The notes under the pieces are model-generated. The model was not told the origin of the DNA. It made no database searches and worked only from the letters and a program-made list of their open reading frames with translations. A stretch of 64,000 bases of DNA, from assembly GCF_004010195.1 (NCBI RefSeq), contig NC_057746.1, forward strand, positions 9,987,045-10,051,044. The letters run 5' to 3'. Positions 59,831 to 64,000 of this stretch are shown in pieces; position 1 is the stretch's first letter, and each line of letters opens with the position of its first letter. Made by a program: the position numbers and the translations under genes. The stretch is from Chiloscyllium plagiosum (Eukaryota).

Positions 59831-60849
59831 TGCAATGATAGTAATTGATCAGTCAGCTACAATTATTCTGCCCTTTGTGACTGTTTAGTTCCTCATCTCT
59901 CTTTTAATCCTGGCTCGGTCGACCCTGTTGTTTTAGAAGGACAATGCATTAAGAATTCTATTAGCTGCTTGTGAAACAAGCACAAAATTAAGTTACAAAC
60001 CCTTGGTGTGGAAGTAATATTCGGATCCAATGACAGCACACCCGGTGGTCTTCAAGACACCACTCAGAACTTTTACTTCACTCCTTCATAATGTCAGTCT
60101 AATTGAATATTGCTTATACCGAATTTCTTGAGTTGTGCGTGAACTCATTTCATCTTATTAATCAATGAGAACCAGAGCTACAAGCAGCACTTGTTTGCAA
60201 AAACAAATTCAGCTATAATGCATTGTGAACACTTCCATCAACGAATCAAACTTGCCCACTATCCAATCACAGGTTTCTTTTGTAATTTTCTCAATTTAAC
60301 AGTGACTTTCTGGGATTTGGTATGGTGTTATATGTGCCAAATGCAAAGAAATTTATCGGTTCCGTTAAAAGATAATCTGTCCATAAATATCCCTTTTTAT
60401 TAGTGGAAGTTCTTCATCATTTCGTGATTTATAACAATCTCTGTATGTTTACTTCGAATGATTAATTATCCGAGAGCATACACGAGATCCATGCATGTTG
60501 CAAATTTTAGGAGCGAATGTCATGCTGTTGAAATTTGCCTCGAACAGACACTTGTATTGACCCTGATGGGGTTTCCTCCAGAAGCTATGCATCTGCATTC
60601 CTAACTGTCTTTGTCCAGCAACATTCCACAAGACCTAAAAATTAACGGTTTTTTTAACCCTTGTACTTTTTCTAACATAACATCTGCCACTTCTCAATTC
60701 ACTGACCTATCTGATCAAGGTCCAGTTGTATTCTGAGATAATCTTCTTCCGTGTCCACTACATAGTCCCTTTTTGTGATTTCTGTAAATATAATAACCAT
60801 GCCTCCTATATTCACGACTAACTGATTTATAGAGATGACAAAATTCAAT

Positions 60850-61745
60850 AGACTTTTACCGTCCATGTGGCACATCGATGATCACAGGCCTTCAGTCCAA
60901 AAAGCAAACCTCTATCACTGCCTTCTGTATTCGACCTTCAAGCAGATTTTGCATTCAATTGGCCAGCTCCCCTTATATTTCATGTGATCTAACTTTACTA
61001 ACCAGTCCACCATGCGGATTCTTGAAGGACCCTTTGCTGAACTCCACAAGCAATGTATAGAGCGCTGCTTGTATCAGTGATCTTTGTCACCTCTTCAAAA
61101 ATGTTAATCAAATTAGTAAGACACAATTTCCCGCTTTACGTTTCCAAACGCATGCAAATTCTATTTCTCAGAATCCCCTGCCAACAACTTGACATTAGTG
61201 AGACCACTTTAAAAATATCTTGTAAAATTCTGTAGGAAAGATGTTGTTAAGCTTCAGAGAGCGCAGAAAAGATTTACAAGAATGTTGTCAGGAATGTACA
61301 GTTTTTGTTAGAAAGAGAGACTGAATCGACTGGGCTTTTCTCCCTGGAGCTTTGACGGCTGAGGAATGATGTTACAGAGGTTTACAAAATCAAGAGGTGC
61401 ACGGACATGATGATTAACCAATGTCCCTTTACTGCGGTGATCAATTTTAAAACTAGAGGGCATAAGTTTAACTGAAAGTGGAAAGATTTAGAAAGGACCT
61501 GAGGGATGATTTTTATTTTTAACAGAAGGGAGAGTGCGTCCGTGGAAGGAGCTGCCAGGGGAATTGGTAGAAATGGATATAAGTGCAATATTTAAAAGAC
61601 ATCGGGATGGGTTTATGCACAGGATGCGTTGAGAGGCATATGTGCTAAATTATGGAAAATAGGACGATTTCAAATTGGATTTGGCAGTCAGCTTGGATGA
61701 GTTGGGCTGTAGTGTCTCTTTCCATGATGTGCGATTGTATGCCTG
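60850..61745. mobile_element. CR1 fragments (- strand about 60850-61170; + strand about 61230-61745)
   Basis: Degenerate RT remnant and RKDVVKL...TRGHKF 3' region. Confidence 0.75.
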
Positions 61746-63722
61746 TATAAGTCCGCCTTATTCGAACAATTGGGTTTCTTCAGCAGGGTTGTGTTAATCA
61801 GAATTAGTATCGTATCATCTGATTTCTAATGCAGTTCATTCTCTAAGTTGATGATGAGTAGGTGATCTGATAGGTCCCATTAGATTAAGTTGGCGAGAAA
61901 TATTTGACAATCATTTGCTAGATTCAGAAGCTTTATGAAAATATCAGAATTGCTTCTACACAGCTAATCTTGTTATCTTTTCAATTTCCTTAAATTAGCA
62001 TTTGAAGTGTCATAACAGTCAAGATTATGAGCCAAGTCCTGGAAAGTGAGACATTTTGCAGATTTACTGTGAGTTTTTTTATACAACCTGATGAGCAAAA
62101 AGACTACTTTTAAACTTTGCGATTCTGTAACTCTCTGTGTTAGTGCCTTATACTCTTATGGCCTTATGCACTTATGATGCACAGAACAGTGGAATTGACT
62201 TTTCCTTTTATGTGAGTGCATGCATTTCCAAGTAAATAAGGATGTACTAATTAGGCGCAGCAGTGAACCATGTGGCCACAGAAATATCTCTAACATTCAA
62301 CAAACGCAGAGGTGATGTGTTGGGTTGTTTTTCATTCGTCGTTTCTGTCACGCTGATTTATCTTTAAAGACAGCACCAAAGAAGAATCGATCGTCTTTTC
62401 TACAAAAAAATTTAATGTTCCCACCTCCTGTAGCACAGAACACTTTGAAAGAGAAAATAAACTAATTATTGCTCTCTCTGTTTTTGGTTTCCATCTGCTG
62501 ATGACAAATTGTTCCTTTCGAATGTTTCTTTGTAGTTGATATATTGGTCATATGCATCTTTTAAAACACCTCCTTATGTTTTCTTTCCGTTGAGTTCACA
62601 TTTGTCGAGCACATTATGACAACTTCCTTCTCTTAAATCAGCTTTCTTCTCCATATATTCGTTCTTATTTATCATTAAAAAATATTAGAGGCAGATTCTG
62701 TTCGCTTTCATTCTGGATGCAAACCAGAACTATGAATTGATTAAGATTTTAGCATCTTTTTTGATTAATGAGTTTCCTACGAAATTTCATTTCAGGCTGT
62801 GACTGAGAATTATGTTAGAGATATGGAAATACCAAAAGATCTAACATATTAGATGACCGATCTTGCAATCCCATTTGTAACTGTTCTACAGTGAACTAAT
62901 CAAATTTGGAAAGGAAAATTTCAAAAACAAAACGAAATTCTTTCCAACTGCATGGAGAGCACATGAGCAATAAGACAGAATACAGTAAATTGTGCAGCTT
63001 TAGTTGTTCAAGAATCTTTCTAGATGCAAAGTCGGTAACTACACAAATAGGACACTACACAAAATGGAGTACAATCAAGTACAATTTCCCCTTTAAGCCA
63101 TTCGATTCTTGATCTTTGAAGAATATTGGCTTGCTTATCCCGCTGCTGGGCAAAAAAAAAAACAAGGACTTCTTGATAATTGAAAAGGGTCCAGAGTTAA
63201 ACGAGATTTGACGTGGGCAATAATGAATCCCCACCAGTTATTCAGGTCGATTGGCTAAATAAATCAGTTGGCTGAGCTTTAAAAGGAATGACAATTATGT
63301 GATCAAAACAAACTATGCAAAAGCGTGACGATGTATGAGAGAGAGGGACAAAGAGGAAAAAAAGAGAGAAAGACTAAAATTCGTAGAATTCTAACAAACT
63401 TTAAAAAGTGATTTGTGCACGTAACACACATGGAATGACATTAAATTGTAGCATTGAACTTTAGTAGTGTTGCAGGAGTAGAAAAATTGAAATATATTAA
63501 ATCTAATTACAATTATTATTGAACCTGCTTAAAGTTTTAATTCATTTGGGAAACATTCATAAAAGATTCGTTACACAACGAAGGAGTGACACCAGTTGTT
63601 TACAATCGATATATTTTATTGCATACACCAGAGATTTCTCAATTTGCATATATTAAGCACTGATGTAAATGTGCACGAAGAGTGCAAATCATACTGACAG
63701 TCAAAGCAAACCATCATACAGT

Positions 63723-63792
63723 ATGGAGCGAGCAATTATTCTTCAGATAGCAGACATTTATTATCCTTTCTTGGCCACTATTGGTGTACCTG
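63723..63792 (+). CDS. First coding exon of a GPR139-like rhodopsin-class GPCR (partial; rest outside the window)
   Basis: MERAIILQIADIYYPFLATIGVP-G|gtatgt. The YYP.LA..GVP TM1 entry with a phase-1 intron is typical of GPR139/GPR142-like genes as I recall them. Confidence 0.65.
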
Positions 63793-64000
63793 GTATGTAA
63801 GATATTAACTCTGCTTATTCATTTCGTTTTCCTACAATTTTTAGCTGGTGATATTGGTTAAAACAACAACGTACTTAAATGTGTAGCAAGCATTCCTATA
63901 TTCATCAGACAGAAATTACCTGTAGTTCCAAGATCGACATTGGTCTAATATGATGTCATCTTTCTAAAAGCTCTTTACTTCAGGTAAATCTCTGAACATA

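Overview
Repeat-dense eukaryotic genomic DNA, almost certainly from a shark or other cartilaginous fish (inferred from HE1/HER1-type SINE/CR1 pairs, shark-type Penelope elements and a shark-type MHC class II beta sequence). No complete intact host gene is present. (1) A six-exon MHC class II beta pseudogene lies on the + strand (13588-30371) behind a promoter with seven inverted CCAAT/Y-boxes. Its leader exon is split by a 5'-truncated Tx1/L1-type LINE with a 6-bp target-site duplication (TSD). It also carries two in-exon stops, a split-codon stop, a frameshift and a lost Ig cysteine, but all ten splice sites are still GT/AG. (2) A degraded class I-like endogenous retrovirus (ERV) lies on the - strand (about 43000 to 31358: gag, protease, RT, RNase H, integrase, polypurine tract, 3' LTR, no real env). 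It has a 2H-phosphoesterase-like domain (HCT...HVS) between protease and RT, and a nested 4.8-kb Penelope insertion with a 15-bp TSD interrupts its pol. (3) Many Penelope-derived units carry minimal type I hammerhead ribozyme motifs, several as short TSD-flanked mobile units. (4) Gypsy remnants, a Tigger-like MITE and dozens of CR1/SINE fragments. (5) Two GPR139-like first exons near the right end and a possible decayed intronless Ig-superfamily gene near the left end. All calls come from manual reading and recalled family motifs; no database search was run, and most repeat boundaries are approximate.
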